Below are positions 9,910-19,368 of a stretch of DNA of 64,000 nucleotides, piece after piece (positions within the stretch are counted from its first letter, which is position 1; every line of letters starts with the position of its first letter). The translations under genes and the position numbers were made by a program. This stretch comes from an uncultured delta proteobacterium (lineage in GTDB: Bacteria > Desulfobacterota > Binatia > HRBIN30 > BPIQ01), in contig CAVXGR010000024.1 in the NCBI GenBank assembly GCA_963761335.1, positions 96,001 through 160,000 of the forward strand. Reading direction: 5' to 3'. The notes under the pieces were generated by a model. It was not told the origin of the DNA, made no database searches, and saw nothing but the letters and a program-made list of their open reading frames with translations.

Positions 9910-12570
9910 CTACGACGACTTGTGGCGCTCGATGCGGGTGATTCGGCTGGGGGTGCGCTCCGTGACCAGGTATCCCTGCGGAGCGACGGCGATGCCGGTG
10001 GGGCCGAGGAGATCGGATGCCAGCGGCTGCAGGTGGTGGTCCTTGGTGAGTCGGAAGAGCTTGCCGTTGAGCGGATCGGTCATCAGCAGCGTGCCGTCCG
10101 TATCGGTAGCCAGATAGGCTTCCTTGATCCCCTGGATGTTCCATCCGGGCACGGCCACCGATTCCAGCGGCTTGCCATCGGCATCGAACCCCTGGAGGCG
10201 ATTGTTGCCGCTGTCGACCACCCAGACGGTGCCGTCGGCGCCGACGCCAATGCCGACCGGCTGATTGAACTGGCCGGGACCGCTCCCGGGGCTTCCGAAG
10301 CGGTTCTGGAAGGTGCCGGCGGTGTCGAAGATGTCGACGGCGTTGTTGCCGCCGTCGGTGACGTAGACCCGGCCCTTGTGAATCGCGATACCGCGCGGCC
10401 CGAAGAACCCCTTCGGCGGCGTGTACGTGGTGAGCACCTTCCCATCCGGATCGAACTTCTGGACGCGGTGGTTCCAGGTGTCCACCACGTGGACGTTGCC
10501 ATCGGCGTCGACGGCCAGGCAGTTGGGCTCATCGAAGTTGCCCGGGCTGGCACCCCGGGCTCCCCAGACGCGCAGCAGCTCGCCCTCGGCGGAAAATTTC
10601 TGTACCCGATCGTTGCCGGTGTCGGCGACGTAGATGTTTCCCTTCGGCCCGATGGCGATGCTCTTCGGGGAGCTGAGCTCCCCGGGAGCGCTGCCGTGCC
10701 TCGCCTTCCACAGATCGGCCGCCGGCAGCGGCGTCGGCGGGACCTTGATGTTCGGGTTGGTGCCTGCGGCCACCTCGCGAGGGGTGAGCAGCAGGACACG
10801 CGCGAAGACGTTGTTCTGCTTGCTCCAGTCGTGCAGATCGACAACTTCGCCGTCGGGATACTTGCGGCGCAGCTCGTCGAACACCAGAGGCCCGCGATCG
10901 TTGGTGGCCACGATCAGGGCGATGCCCTTTCCCGGCTCTGGCATCAGATCGGTCACCGGCAGCGTGGTGACGTCCTCGACCCAGGTGTAGTGGCGCTCCT
11001 CGATCTCCAGCCGCTGGTCGGTCACGGGGCCGTGGTACATGAGATAGGTGAGGGTGTCGCGGGGAAAATTGGCGCCGCCCACCCAGATGGCGTACTGCGG
11101 CTCGATCTTGCGCATGTAGCGGCCGAGCACTGTGGTCTCCGGATAGAAGCCGAAGATGTCGCGGCGATGGGGCCCGAGGTACTCGTGGTATGTGGCATAC
11201 GCCGAGGCCGCGAGCACGGCGCTGACGAACACTGCGGTTGCCGCCGCTCCCGCGGGTACCGGCAGACGCCGCAGCTCGCGGACGATCCAGAAGCCGCCGA
11301 GAGCGACGAAGATGTAGATGAATGGCACGGTGCCGATGGCGCGATTGGCGTTCGGGTTGGTGAGTACCGCCGGGAGGATGTTGACCAGAAAGCCGAGGAG
11401 GAGAAAGCCGGCGCGATGGTCGCGCGGATTGAGCAGGCACCAGAGAAAGCCGAAGCCGAGGAGCACGGCCGCCGGGTACTCGAGAAGCGGCGTGGTGATG
11501 AAGAAATCGTCGCCGTTGCCGAACTGCAAGTACATCAGCGTGGTGGAGCGGACGTTCTCCCACAGGGTGCGCCCCTCCATGAACAGTGTGGCGTTGGCGC
11601 GGCCCTGCCATTTCACCCACTCGGTGACGGCGAAGTGCGCCATCGGGTAGACGACCACCAGGAAGGCTACCGCCATCACCGCCAGGCCGCGCCAGTAGCG
11701 GCGCAGGAAGGCGCCGCGGTCGGGCCCCACGGCCAGGCGGTACAGGATATATGCCGGATAGAGGAAGGGCACCAGGCGGGCGGCGTTGTACGTGTATATC
11801 GAGCCTGCCATGCCGGCGCCCGCCAGGCCGAAGTCGGTCTTGCTGTTGGTGCGCAGGGCGCGGAGGAAGAAGAGGTAACCGACGGCGCTGATCAGTGGCT
11901 GCGTGACGGCGCGCCAGCCGATGCGGCTGAAGACCACGTGCCAGCCGGAAACCGCCAGGAGCAGCGCCGCGGCCACCGCCAGTCGCGGTCCGAAGAGCTC
12001 GCGGCCCATGAAGTAGACGAGCGGCACCAGCAGGATGCCGCAGATCACCGCCGGGATCACCAGGGCGAAGATCTCAACGCCGAAGAGCTTCACCCCCACG
12101 GCCTGCAGGTACAGCATCAGCGTCTCGCGACCCCACGCCTCGGCCGCATACGGCGTGTAGGGCTCGCCGTGCAGGATGCGAATGGCGTAGAGGCCGTTCC
12201 AGGCGACGTCGTGATTGAGGCCGGCAGGCAGAATGTCGAGTCGGTAGACGCGGAAGAAGATGCCGACCAGGATCACCAGGGCAAACAGGACCCATTCGGT
12301 GCGCGCCGGCATGGAGTCGCGCCCCGGCAGGAAACGCGCCTCGGTGCTGAGAATGACGATCAGGAAGAAGAGGACGGCTGCAGCCCATGCCACAGCAGCG
12401 GGGAGCGGCTGGAAGTCGATCACCAGCCACCATTCGCCGGCAACGGCTGCGCCCAGGGCGGCGAGCGCCGCCGGCACGCGCACCCAGGGAGTGCGCAGCG
12501 CCGTCACCGGCAGACCTCTGCGGCCGTCCGGGACCTGTCGATTACAGCGGTTTCCGCAGCGCTCACGCAC
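9910..12570 (-). CDS. GT-C glycosyltransferase fused to a C-terminal NHL-repeat beta-propeller
   Basis: 886 aa (start may be GTG 12507). FFRVYRLDILPAGLNHDVAWNG, then TM helices, then canonical NHL repeats (PKSIAIGPKGNIYVADTGNDRVQKF; PNCLAVDADGNVHVVDTWNHRVQKF). Confidence 0.85.
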   Translation of the reverse strand: MRERCGNRCNRQVPDGRRGLPVTALRTPWVRVPAALAALGAAVAGEWWLVIDFQPLPAAVAWAAAVLFFLIVILSTEARFLPGRDSMPARTEWVLFALVILVGIFFRVYRLDILPAGLNHDVAWNGLYAIRILHGEPYTPYAAEAWGRETLMLYLQAVGVKLFGVEIFALVIPAVICGILLVPLVYFMGRELFGPRLAVAAALLLAVSGWHVVFSRIGWRAVTQPLISAVGYLFFLRALRTNSKTDFGLAGAGMAGSIYTYNAARLVPFLYPAYILYRLAVGPDRGAFLRRYWRGLAVMAVAFLVVVYPMAHFAVTEWVKWQGRANATLFMEGRTLWENVRSTTLMYLQFGNGDDFFITTPLLEYPAAVLLGFGFLWCLLNPRDHRAGFLLLGFLVNILPAVLTNPNANRAIGTVPFIYIFVALGGFWIVRELRRLPVPAGAAATAVFVSAVLAASAYATYHEYLGPHRRDIFGFYPETTVLGRYMRKIEPQYAIWVGGANFPRDTLTYLMYHGPVTDQRLEIEERHYTWVEDVTTLPVTDLMPEPGKGIALIVATNDRGPLVFDELRRKYPDGEVVDLHDWSKQNNVFARVLLLTPREVAAGTNPNIKVPPTPLPAADLWKARHGSAPGELSSPKSIAIGPKGNIYVADTGNDRVQKFSAEGELLRVWGARGASPGNFDEPNCLAVDADGNVHVVDTWNHRVQKFDPDGKVLTTYTPPKGFFGPRGIAIHKGRVYVTDGGNNAVDIFDTAGTFQNRFGSPGSGPGQFNQPVGIGVGADGTVWVVDSGNNRLQGFDADGKPLESVAVPGWNIQGIKEAYLATDTDGTLLMTDPLNGKLFRLTKDHHLQPLASDLLGPTGIAVAPQGYLVTERTPSRITRIERHKSS

Positions 12571-12597
12571 CTTCCTCGCGACCAGAGGTTGACCGGC

Positions 12598-15500
12598 TCA
12601 GCGTTTCAGGACGACCATGCGGTTCTCGAGGTCCGAGATCAGCATCTCTCCGCTGGCCGGGGCGATGGTGATGCCGATCGGCGTGACGAACATGTTCGGT
12701 GGCTGCGGCGGCGACTTGAGCGTCCGCAACAGCTTGCCCTCCGGGCTGTAGGCGCGCACCTCTTTCTCCAGCGGCACGGTGGCCCAGATGGTGCCGTCCT
12801 TGTCGATGGCGAGGTACGGCTCGGAGAACACCTCGCTCTTCCAGCCGGGGACGTCGAAGGCGAGCAGCAGGCGGCCGCTGGTGTCGAAGATCTTCAGCTG
12901 GCCGTGGCCGTTGTCGGCGACGTAGACGCGTCCGCGGTCGTCGACGGCGACGCCGATCGGCTCGCGCAGGTTGTTCGGCTGGTCGCCGCGGCCGCCGAGC
13001 TCGCCCTTCTTCTGCCCCTCGGCGGTGAAGCGGACGATCTTGTGATTGCCGGTGTCGGCGACGTAGACGGTGCCGTCCCGGCCCACCGCAATGCCGCGCG
13101 GCCCGTAGAAGCTGCCACTCCATTCGCGCAGGTACTTGCCGCTCGGGTCGAAAACCTGCACCCGCTGGTTCCAGGTGTCGGCCACGTAGATGTTCTGGTC
13201 CGGACCGACGGCGACGCCGCAGGGGTCCTTGAACTCGCCGGGCAGCTCGCCTCGCTGGCCCCAGGCCGTCACCGGCTTCAGATCCTTGTCGAACTTCTGA
13301 ATGCGGTTGTTGCCGAAATCGGCGACGTAGATGAAGCCCTGATTGTCGGCATCGATGTCGCGCGGCTGCTTGAGTCGACCGGGCGGCTCCTGCATCTCCG
13401 CCTCCTCGAGCCCTTCGACCTTGATCTCCTCGATGGTGTTGACGGGGATGGCGCCGGCGAACTGACCATTCACCGCAAAAATGGTGACTCCGCGGTTCTC
13501 GTAGACGGGCGTCACCAGGTCGGTCCACTGGCGGAAGTTCTCGAGATTGGCGCCCGCGTAGGTCCGCCGCTCGAGGGCTCCGACGAAGACCAGGGCCACG
13601 TGATAGCGGCGCAGCAGCGCCTCGACCTTGGACTTGTCCGGCGACGTGTAGATGGTCTGCACGTCGACCTTGCGGCGGTTGATATCCGCGGTGCTCTGGG
13701 CGCGCTGCTGCAGATGGTACTCCCAGCCGAGGACGATGGGTAGGCCGGTGTTCATGGTCACCCGGCTGAACTCCTGATAGGAGGGGCCTTGCGCCTCGAG
13801 GAGGACCGGAATTCCCTGCACGTTGCGGTTGATCCAGTCGAACGCCGCCAGCTCCTCGGGAGACCGCTGCTGCAGATAGGCCATGCCGTTCAGCGTCGGC
13901 CGCGGCGTCGGCACCCGCTTGGTGTTGATGACGGCGATGACGCCGGTGACCGTGGTGAACAGCCCGAGGCCCAGCAGCGCCACCGTGCCGAGCTGCCAGA
14001 CGAAGCGCGGCACGCGCCGCGCCAGCCGCCCGCTGAAGAGATCGGCGAGAACCACGGCGCTGGCAATGGAGAAGAGGAACCACGCCTCCAGATAGAACTT
14101 GAAGACCGTGTTCATCCGGTCCCAGACGTGCACCATGTCGACGCCCGAGGTGATGGCGAAGGCAAAGGCCGCCAGGGCGACGGGGTAGCGATAGCGCGAC
14201 GGCGTGTATCGGTGAATGGCGATGAAGAAGCCGAGCAGCGCCAGGGTCAGTGAGAATATGCGGATCGACGGCGGCCGCCGCAGGACGAAGAGGGCCCCGG
14301 GGACTCCCTGGAACGGGCCGGCGACGAAGGCGCCGTTCAGGCGGGCCACCAGTCCGGTGACCAGGCCCTCGACGTCGACGAACAGAGTGAGCAGCAGCAC
14401 GATGGCAATCGCGGCGAAGGCGATCCAGTGGGCCGCGCGGGGGCGGCGGTCTCGCGCCAGCTGCGTGCGGCGCCAGACGACGAAGAAGAAGGGCACCAGC
14501 AGGAGGACGAAGAGGCCGTTGATGGTGAGGAAGTCGTAGGCGCCGGCGAACTGAACCCGCTCCCAGCCCCAGTTCGTCGGCGGGTTGTGGAAGTACTCGA
14601 AGAACGGCAGGTAGAGAACCACGGCGCCGCCGATCACCATCACCGCTGGCAGCACCACGCGGCCGATGCCGCTGAGGACGAAGCCGGCGATCCCCTCCCA
14701 GGGATGTGAGGTCAGCCAGTGCAGCCCGAGGAGAAAGAGAAGGAGCAGGCTGTAGGTCGGTGTGCTCCAGCCGTTGGTCACCATGATGGCGCCCAGGGTG
14801 ATCATCATCAGCAGGAGCAGGACCGGCGCCGCCAGCAACGGCACGTGTGCGGAGACGCGCTCGCGGCGCTGCACCCACATGATCAGCAGGCAGATGAAGC
14901 CGACGCTGAACGGCATCACCATCAGGTGCGCGTGCAGGTCGGCGAACATGAAGCTCCACACCGGGTACTCGTTGATGGTGTCCTTGATGACCCGCGAGGT
15001 CGCCCACCAGTAGTCGAAGTTGATCTGATGGCGGCTGAGGAACTCTCGCAGGCCGGCCAGGTTGCCCACCAGGACGAGCAGGGTGGCGGAGATGATGCCC
15101 ACCTGCCAGCGGCGTCCCAGCGACGCGCCGGCGGCGAAGGCGGCGGCCGCGGTCAGCGCTCCGATGGTGGCGATGCCCAGGTTGAACATCAGCGCCGGGT
15201 GGATGCCCAGACACTTGCCGATGGCCGCGACCACGAAGTAGCCGAAGTAGGTGTAGTGCAGTGCCGAGCCCGCGAACCACGGCTCCGGCGGTGGGAGCGC
15301 CGTGGTGCGGTACATGGCGTTGAGGAAGGAGAAGTCCATCGGCTTCTCGCCCCAGTAGATCTCCGGGTTGTAGGCGCGGATCAGCAGGAAGAAGAAGAAC
15401 ACCAGCCAGAAGATCGCCTCGGTGGCCACGATCTCATGGCGCGGCAGGGCCATGTCCGTATGGCGGCGGTAGGCGACGATGCCGAGCACCACGAGCAGCG

Positions 15501-17433
15501 CCGCGAACCCGGCGGTGACCCCGGAGGTGAAGTGCAGCCAGCCGATGCCGACGGCGATCCACGGCAGATAGGCGAAGAAGAGGACGCCCATGACCTTGCT
15601 GAGCGCGTACAGCCCCAGGCGCGGCGTCAGTGCCGGCCGCAGCAGCGCGTACATGGCCAGACCGAGCACCTCGAGGAGCAGCATGCAGAGCAGGGTCGCC
15701 AGCACCGAGGAGCGGATCCAGTCGGGTCCGCCGCCGCTGCCCAGCGCCTCGGTGGTGCCGGTGCTGGCGAGCAGCAGGTCGTTGCGCGTCAACGGCCGCG
15801 ACGGCTGACCGCGCAAAACCTTGTCGCGGATCTGCTCGCTGCTGAGGTGGCCGGTGTTCTGGAAGATGAGGATCTTCGGATGGTCGTAGACCGAGAAAGA
15901 CTCGTCGGCGAGCTCCGACGGCAGCCGGATACCGAAGAGCTGCGGAGGCGAATCGATGTCCTTGAGCAGCGTGTAGCCGAGATCGCCGGCGAAGAGCTCG
16001 TAGAAATAACGGTTGGTGAGCGGAAACTTCTGGGGGGCGCGGGTGATGGCCCCGTAGAGGCGCTTCGTCTGGAAGATGATGTAGTCGCCCGAGGCCAGCT
16101 GGTTGGCGATGTTCGAAATCTTCGCGGGCGTGTCGGGCTCGTAATAGGAGAGGGGCACGAGCCTGTAGCGCTCCGGCGGCTGCCCCGGCAGGTGAAATGG
16201 AAAGCCCTCGTCCCAATCCTGCGTGAGGATCTTGGACCCCGAGGGGATGTGGCTGTAGACCCACTGCGAGCCGGTGACCACCGAGAACGGACGCGTGTAG
16301 ATCGACATGAACGCCAGCAGATAGGCGCAGGTGCCGACCAGCACGGTCCCCAGCACCGCCCGACCCAGCCGCGATGAGCGCGCCCAGCCTCCCAGCCAGG
16401 CTGCGGCCCACAGCGCCAGGAACGGATAGATCGGCAGCAGATAGCGCGGAAACTTCACGTCGAACGAGCCGGTGACCAGGAAGAAGGGAATCACCCAGGC
16501 CAGCAGCACGATCTCGGCGGCATCGAGTCGGCGCAGCGCCCGGCCGGTGCGCAACGCCGTGCCCCATACGGCGGCGATGCCGAGCAGAGGGCCCATGCCC
16601 CAGAGCACCAGCTCGCGCAGGTCGTAGACGTACTTGGTGACGCCGATGTACTGGTTCGTGTAGGGGAACAGGCCGGCGTTGCGCACCATTCGGCTCTGCT
16701 CGAGGATGTCGCTGGTATACTGGCGGTAGTCGAGAATGGCGTAGGGCTGGCCGATGGCGAAGCCGATGGCGACGCAGACGACGGCGGCGACCCCCCAGGC
16801 GAGCGGCCGTCCGAGGCGATGCTCGGTGCGCGCCCGCGCCAGCACGGCGATGCCCAGGGGCAGGAGGATCGGCAGGGCGCTGAACTTGGTCGCCGCCGCC
16901 AGGCCGATGCACAGGCCGCCGAGCGCGTAATCGCGCGGCCGGCCGGTCTGCACGACGCGGACCATGAAGTAGAGGGCGAGGAGAACCAGGAAGGTGAGGG
17001 GGATATCGTTGGTGGCGAAATGAGAGTTCTGCACGTGCAGCACACTCATCGCCAGGAAGAGGCCCGACAGTAGGCCGATGCCCCAGCCGTAGAGTCGCGC
17101 CCCGAGCAGCACCAGCAGCAGCACCGCGCCGGCGCCCCAGAAAGCGGAGATCACCCGGCCGGTGAAGATGACGCCGTCGTAGCCGGCATACCAGCGGTTG
17201 AAGTTGCCGAGCAGCGAGCTGACTGCCTTGGTGACGTAGAAGGGGAAAGAGCCGTAGGCGAAGAAGTTCGGGTTCAGCTGCAGCGGGTGAAAGGACAGCT
17301 GGCCGATCGAGTAGGCAATGGCGCGCTCGTCGGGATGGAAGAAATGGCCCTCGTCCCAGTCGGGCCGATACACGCGCACACCCAGCGCGAAAAGCAGCAG
17401 CAGTCCCAGCAACAGGGCGCGATGGCGGGTCAC
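12598..17433 (-). CDS. Tripartite protein: GT39-like GT-C + DUF2298 (Chlor_Arch_YYY-type) + NHL beta-propeller
   Basis: 1611 aa. N-terminal FHPDERAI / NPNFFAYGSFP GT-C domain; central GEKPMDFSFLN...HYTYFGY...TINEYP..ADLHAH...RMNTVFKFY DUF2298 motifs; C-terminal NHL repeats. Confidence 0.85.
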   Translation of the reverse strand: MTRHRALLLGLLLLFALGVRVYRPDWDEGHFFHPDERAIAYSIGQLSFHPLQLNPNFFAYGSFPFYVTKAVSSLLGNFNRWYAGYDGVIFTGRVISAFWGAGAVLLLVLLGARLYGWGIGLLSGLFLAMSVLHVQNSHFATNDIPLTFLVLLALYFMVRVVQTGRPRDYALGGLCIGLAAATKFSALPILLPLGIAVLARARTEHRLGRPLAWGVAAVVCVAIGFAIGQPYAILDYRQYTSDILEQSRMVRNAGLFPYTNQYIGVTKYVYDLRELVLWGMGPLLGIAAVWGTALRTGRALRRLDAAEIVLLAWVIPFFLVTGSFDVKFPRYLLPIYPFLALWAAAWLGGWARSSRLGRAVLGTVLVGTCAYLLAFMSIYTRPFSVVTGSQWVYSHIPSGSKILTQDWDEGFPFHLPGQPPERYRLVPLSYYEPDTPAKISNIANQLASGDYIIFQTKRLYGAITRAPQKFPLTNRYFYELFAGDLGYTLLKDIDSPPQLFGIRLPSELADESFSVYDHPKILIFQNTGHLSSEQIRDKVLRGQPSRPLTRNDLLLASTGTTEALGSGGGPDWIRSSVLATLLCMLLLEVLGLAMYALLRPALTPRLGLYALSKVMGVLFFAYLPWIAVGIGWLHFTSGVTAGFAALLVVLGIVAYRRHTDMALPRHEIVATEAIFWLVFFFFLLIRAYNPEIYWGEKPMDFSFLNAMYRTTALPPPEPWFAGSALHYTYFGYFVVAAIGKCLGIHPALMFNLGIATIGALTAAAAFAAGASLGRRWQVGIISATLLVLVGNLAGLREFLSRHQINFDYWWATSRVIKDTINEYPVWSFMFADLHAHLMVMPFSVGFICLLIMWVQRRERVSAHVPLLAAPVLLLLMMITLGAIMVTNGWSTPTYSLLLLFLLGLHWLTSHPWEGIAGFVLSGIGRVVLPAVMVIGGAVVLYLPFFEYFHNPPTNWGWERVQFAGAYDFLTINGLFVLLLVPFFFVVWRRTQLARDRRPRAAHWIAFAAIAIVLLLTLFVDVEGLVTGLVARLNGAFVAGPFQGVPGALFVLRRPPSIRIFSLTLALLGFFIAIHRYTPSRYRYPVALAAFAFAITSGVDMVHVWDRMNTVFKFYLEAWFLFSIASAVVLADLFSGRLARRVPRFVWQLGTVALLGLGLFTTVTGVIAVINTKRVPTPRPTLNGMAYLQQRSPEELAAFDWINRNVQGIPVLLEAQGPSYQEFSRVTMNTGLPIVLGWEYHLQQRAQSTADINRRKVDVQTIYTSPDKSKVEALLRRYHVALVFVGALERRTYAGANLENFRQWTDLVTPVYENRGVTIFAVNGQFAGAIPVNTIEEIKVEGLEEAEMQEPPGRLKQPRDIDADNQGFIYVADFGNNRIQKFDKDLKPVTAWGQRGELPGEFKDPCGVAVGPDQNIYVADTWNQRVQVFDPSGKYLREWSGSFYGPRGIAVGRDGTVYVADTGNHKIVRFTAEGQKKGELGGRGDQPNNLREPIGVAVDDRGRVYVADNGHGQLKIFDTSGRLLLAFDVPGWKSEVFSEPYLAIDKDGTIWATVPLEKEVRAYSPEGKLLRTLKSPPQPPNMFVTPIGITIAPASGEMLISDLENRMVVLKR

Positions 17434-17500
17434 TCCAGAGTCTCCTCAGCCGGCGAGCCGGTCACCGTAACCAGAAACGGCCGGGCAATGCAACGCGCGC

Positions 17501-18187
17501 TCATGGCTTCCTCGCCTGCAGGATCAGACACTCTCCCCAGGCGGGAGGGAGGAAAGGGCGGGCGAGCGGCGAGAGCACCTGCAGCCCGGCCGGCACCCCG
17601 AAGAGCAGGCGCTGTACCGGGACGGGGAGGAACGACACGTACGGGGCGTCCCACATGCCGTCGCCGCGCACGGACTCGAGGCACAGCCCGCAACCCCGCA
17701 CGAGGTCCAGCCACTCGTCCCGGCGGAGAAGGCTGCAGTGGGTCGGGTCGCGATAGGCGAACCAGGCGCGGCCCTTGAGCCGGTGCCCCCAGCCGTCCGG
17801 GTTCGGCACCACGGCGAGCAGCAGTCCGCCCGGGGCGAGTCGCCGCGCCAGGCCGTCGAGAGTCGCCTCGGGCTGCGGCAGATGCTCGAGGCTGTGCAGC
17901 GCCACCACCACGTCGAGGCTGCCCTCGGGGATGGTTTGCCAGTCCTCGACGACGGCGGCGCCGGGGGCATTCTCCGCGAGGCGCCGGCGCGCATAGGGCG
18001 ACGGATCGTAGGCCAACGCCTCGAAGCGGCGCAGGCGCTTCAGCAGATGCCCCGTCCCGGAGCCGAAGTCGAGGAGGCGGCCGCCGCGCGGTCGCCGGGC
18101 GCGGATGACGCGCGCGTAGTACCACAGAGCGAGGCGATCGCGGTCGGTCTGGTGCTCGTCGTAGTAGCTCTGGTCGAAAACGGACAC
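17501..18187 (-). CDS. Class I SAM-dependent methyltransferase
   Basis: Motif I LLDFGSGTG, LDVVVALHSLEHL, and LAPGGLL..VPN..DPTH, typical of glycan-locus methyltransferases. Confidence 0.85.
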   Translation of the reverse strand: MSVFDQSYYDEHQTDRDRLALWYYARVIRARRPRGGRLLDFGSGTGHLLKRLRRFEALAYDPSPYARRRLAENAPGAAVVEDWQTIPEGSLDVVVALHSLEHLPQPEATLDGLARRLAPGGLLLAVVPNPDGWGHRLKGRAWFAYRDPTHCSLLRRDEWLDLVRGCGLCLESVRGDGMWDAPYVSFLPVPVQRLLFGVPAGLQVLSPLARPFLPPAWGECLILQARKP

Positions 18188-18191
18188 GAGC

Positions 18192-19349
18192 TCAGAAGCG
18201 CACGCCGGACGACAGGCGGGCGAACAGATCCTCGTACTGCGTGATGGCGCTGCGCAGGTCGAACTGGCGCTCCAGCTCCTGGCGCGGGCGCCTGTACTGC
18301 GGGCGCTGCTGGATGACGCGCACCAGGGCGTCGGCGAGTGCCTGCGGGTCGCGCGGCGGCACCAGCTCTCCCATGCCCGTGCGCTGCACCGCCTGGCGCA
18401 CTCCCGGCAGGTCGCTGGCCACCACCGGTGTGCCCGACAGCATCGACTCCGCCTGCACCAGGCCGAACGATTCCGTGGAGTTGAGGCTGGTGACGGCGAC
18501 CACGTCGCAGAGCGAGAAGAAGCTCGGCAGCTCTTCGGGGCGGAGCAGATCGAGGAAGGTGAGACGATCGCCGTAGCGTTCGAGCAGGGGCCGCAGTCGC
18601 GCCTGATAGCCCGCCTCGCCGACGGTATCCCGATAGGCCCCGGTGAAGGCGATACCGACGTCGGGCAGCCGCTCGATCACCCGCGGCAGCGCTTCGAGCA
18701 GGTACTCGACTCCCTTCTCGGCCGAGAAGCGCGCCGCGAAGCCGATGCGGGTGTGGCCGTTGAGGCGGTAGCGCTCCGCCAGCTGCCGTGTGATCGCTGG
18801 GTCGGGGGCGGGCAGCTCGATCAGGGGCGGGATCACCTCGACCTTGGCGCGGTAGCGGCGCAGATACGGCGAGTGATCCGCATAGTCCTGGGTGGTCACC
18901 ACGATGCGGCTGGCGGCCAGGGCGGCGGCGTGGTTGAGGGGCAGCAATGCTCCCTGCACCGACCGATTGAAAGCCCCCGGGGGCAGGCGCAGGTCTCCGT
19001 GATAGGTGATCACCGCCGGCCGGCCGCTGAGTCGAGCCATGCCGGCGAGCAGCGACGCCTCGAGCTGCGGCATGTGCACGTTCACCACCTCACAGTCGCG
19101 CACCGCGCTCCAGGCGTACGCGGGGAAGAGGGGCATGACCACGCCCTTGCTGATCTTGGCGGCGATCGGTACGCGCAGGACGTCGACGCCGTCGGCGATC
19201 TCGCGCGCCGGCAGGCGCGGGTGAAAACGCGAGGTGAGCACTCGCACCCGATGGCCGCGTGCCACCAGTCCGCGCGCCAGCCTCTCGGCGTAGATCGTCA
19301 GGCCGCTGATGTGGGGCCGATAGTAGGTGAGGACGATGAGGATGCGCAT
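18192..19349 (-). CDS. Glycosyltransferase family 4 (GT-B)
   Basis: MRILIV..YYRPHISG, ARFSAEKG, and the ESFGLVQAESMLSGTPVVASDLPG EX7E motif. Confidence 0.92.
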   Translation of the reverse strand: MRILIVLTYYRPHISGLTIYAERLARGLVARGHRVRVLTSRFHPRLPAREIADGVDVLRVPIAAKISKGVVMPLFPAYAWSAVRDCEVVNVHMPQLEASLLAGMARLSGRPAVITYHGDLRLPPGAFNRSVQGALLPLNHAAALAASRIVVTTQDYADHSPYLRRYRAKVEVIPPLIELPAPDPAITRQLAERYRLNGHTRIGFAARFSAEKGVEYLLEALPRVIERLPDVGIAFTGAYRDTVGEAGYQARLRPLLERYGDRLTFLDLLRPEELPSFFSLCDVVAVTSLNSTESFGLVQAESMLSGTPVVASDLPGVRQAVQRTGMGELVPPRDPQALADALVRVIQQRPQYRRPRQELERQFDLRSAITQYEDLFARLSSGVRF

Positions 19350-19368
19350 CGAGTCCGCCGCGGCGCCC

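Noticed and set aside
9401..10117. 238-aa ORF across element copy 1 (and ORFs 21760-22069, 23188-23674)
   Set aside because: Translations of palindromic repeat DNA; the frame is broken in other copies and no HuH or DDE motif is present.
9950..13400. Nucleotide similarity between ~10.0-10.7 kb and ~12.6-13.4 kb
   Set aside because: Explained by NHL repeat coding sequence in two paralogous proteins, not a DNA repeat element.
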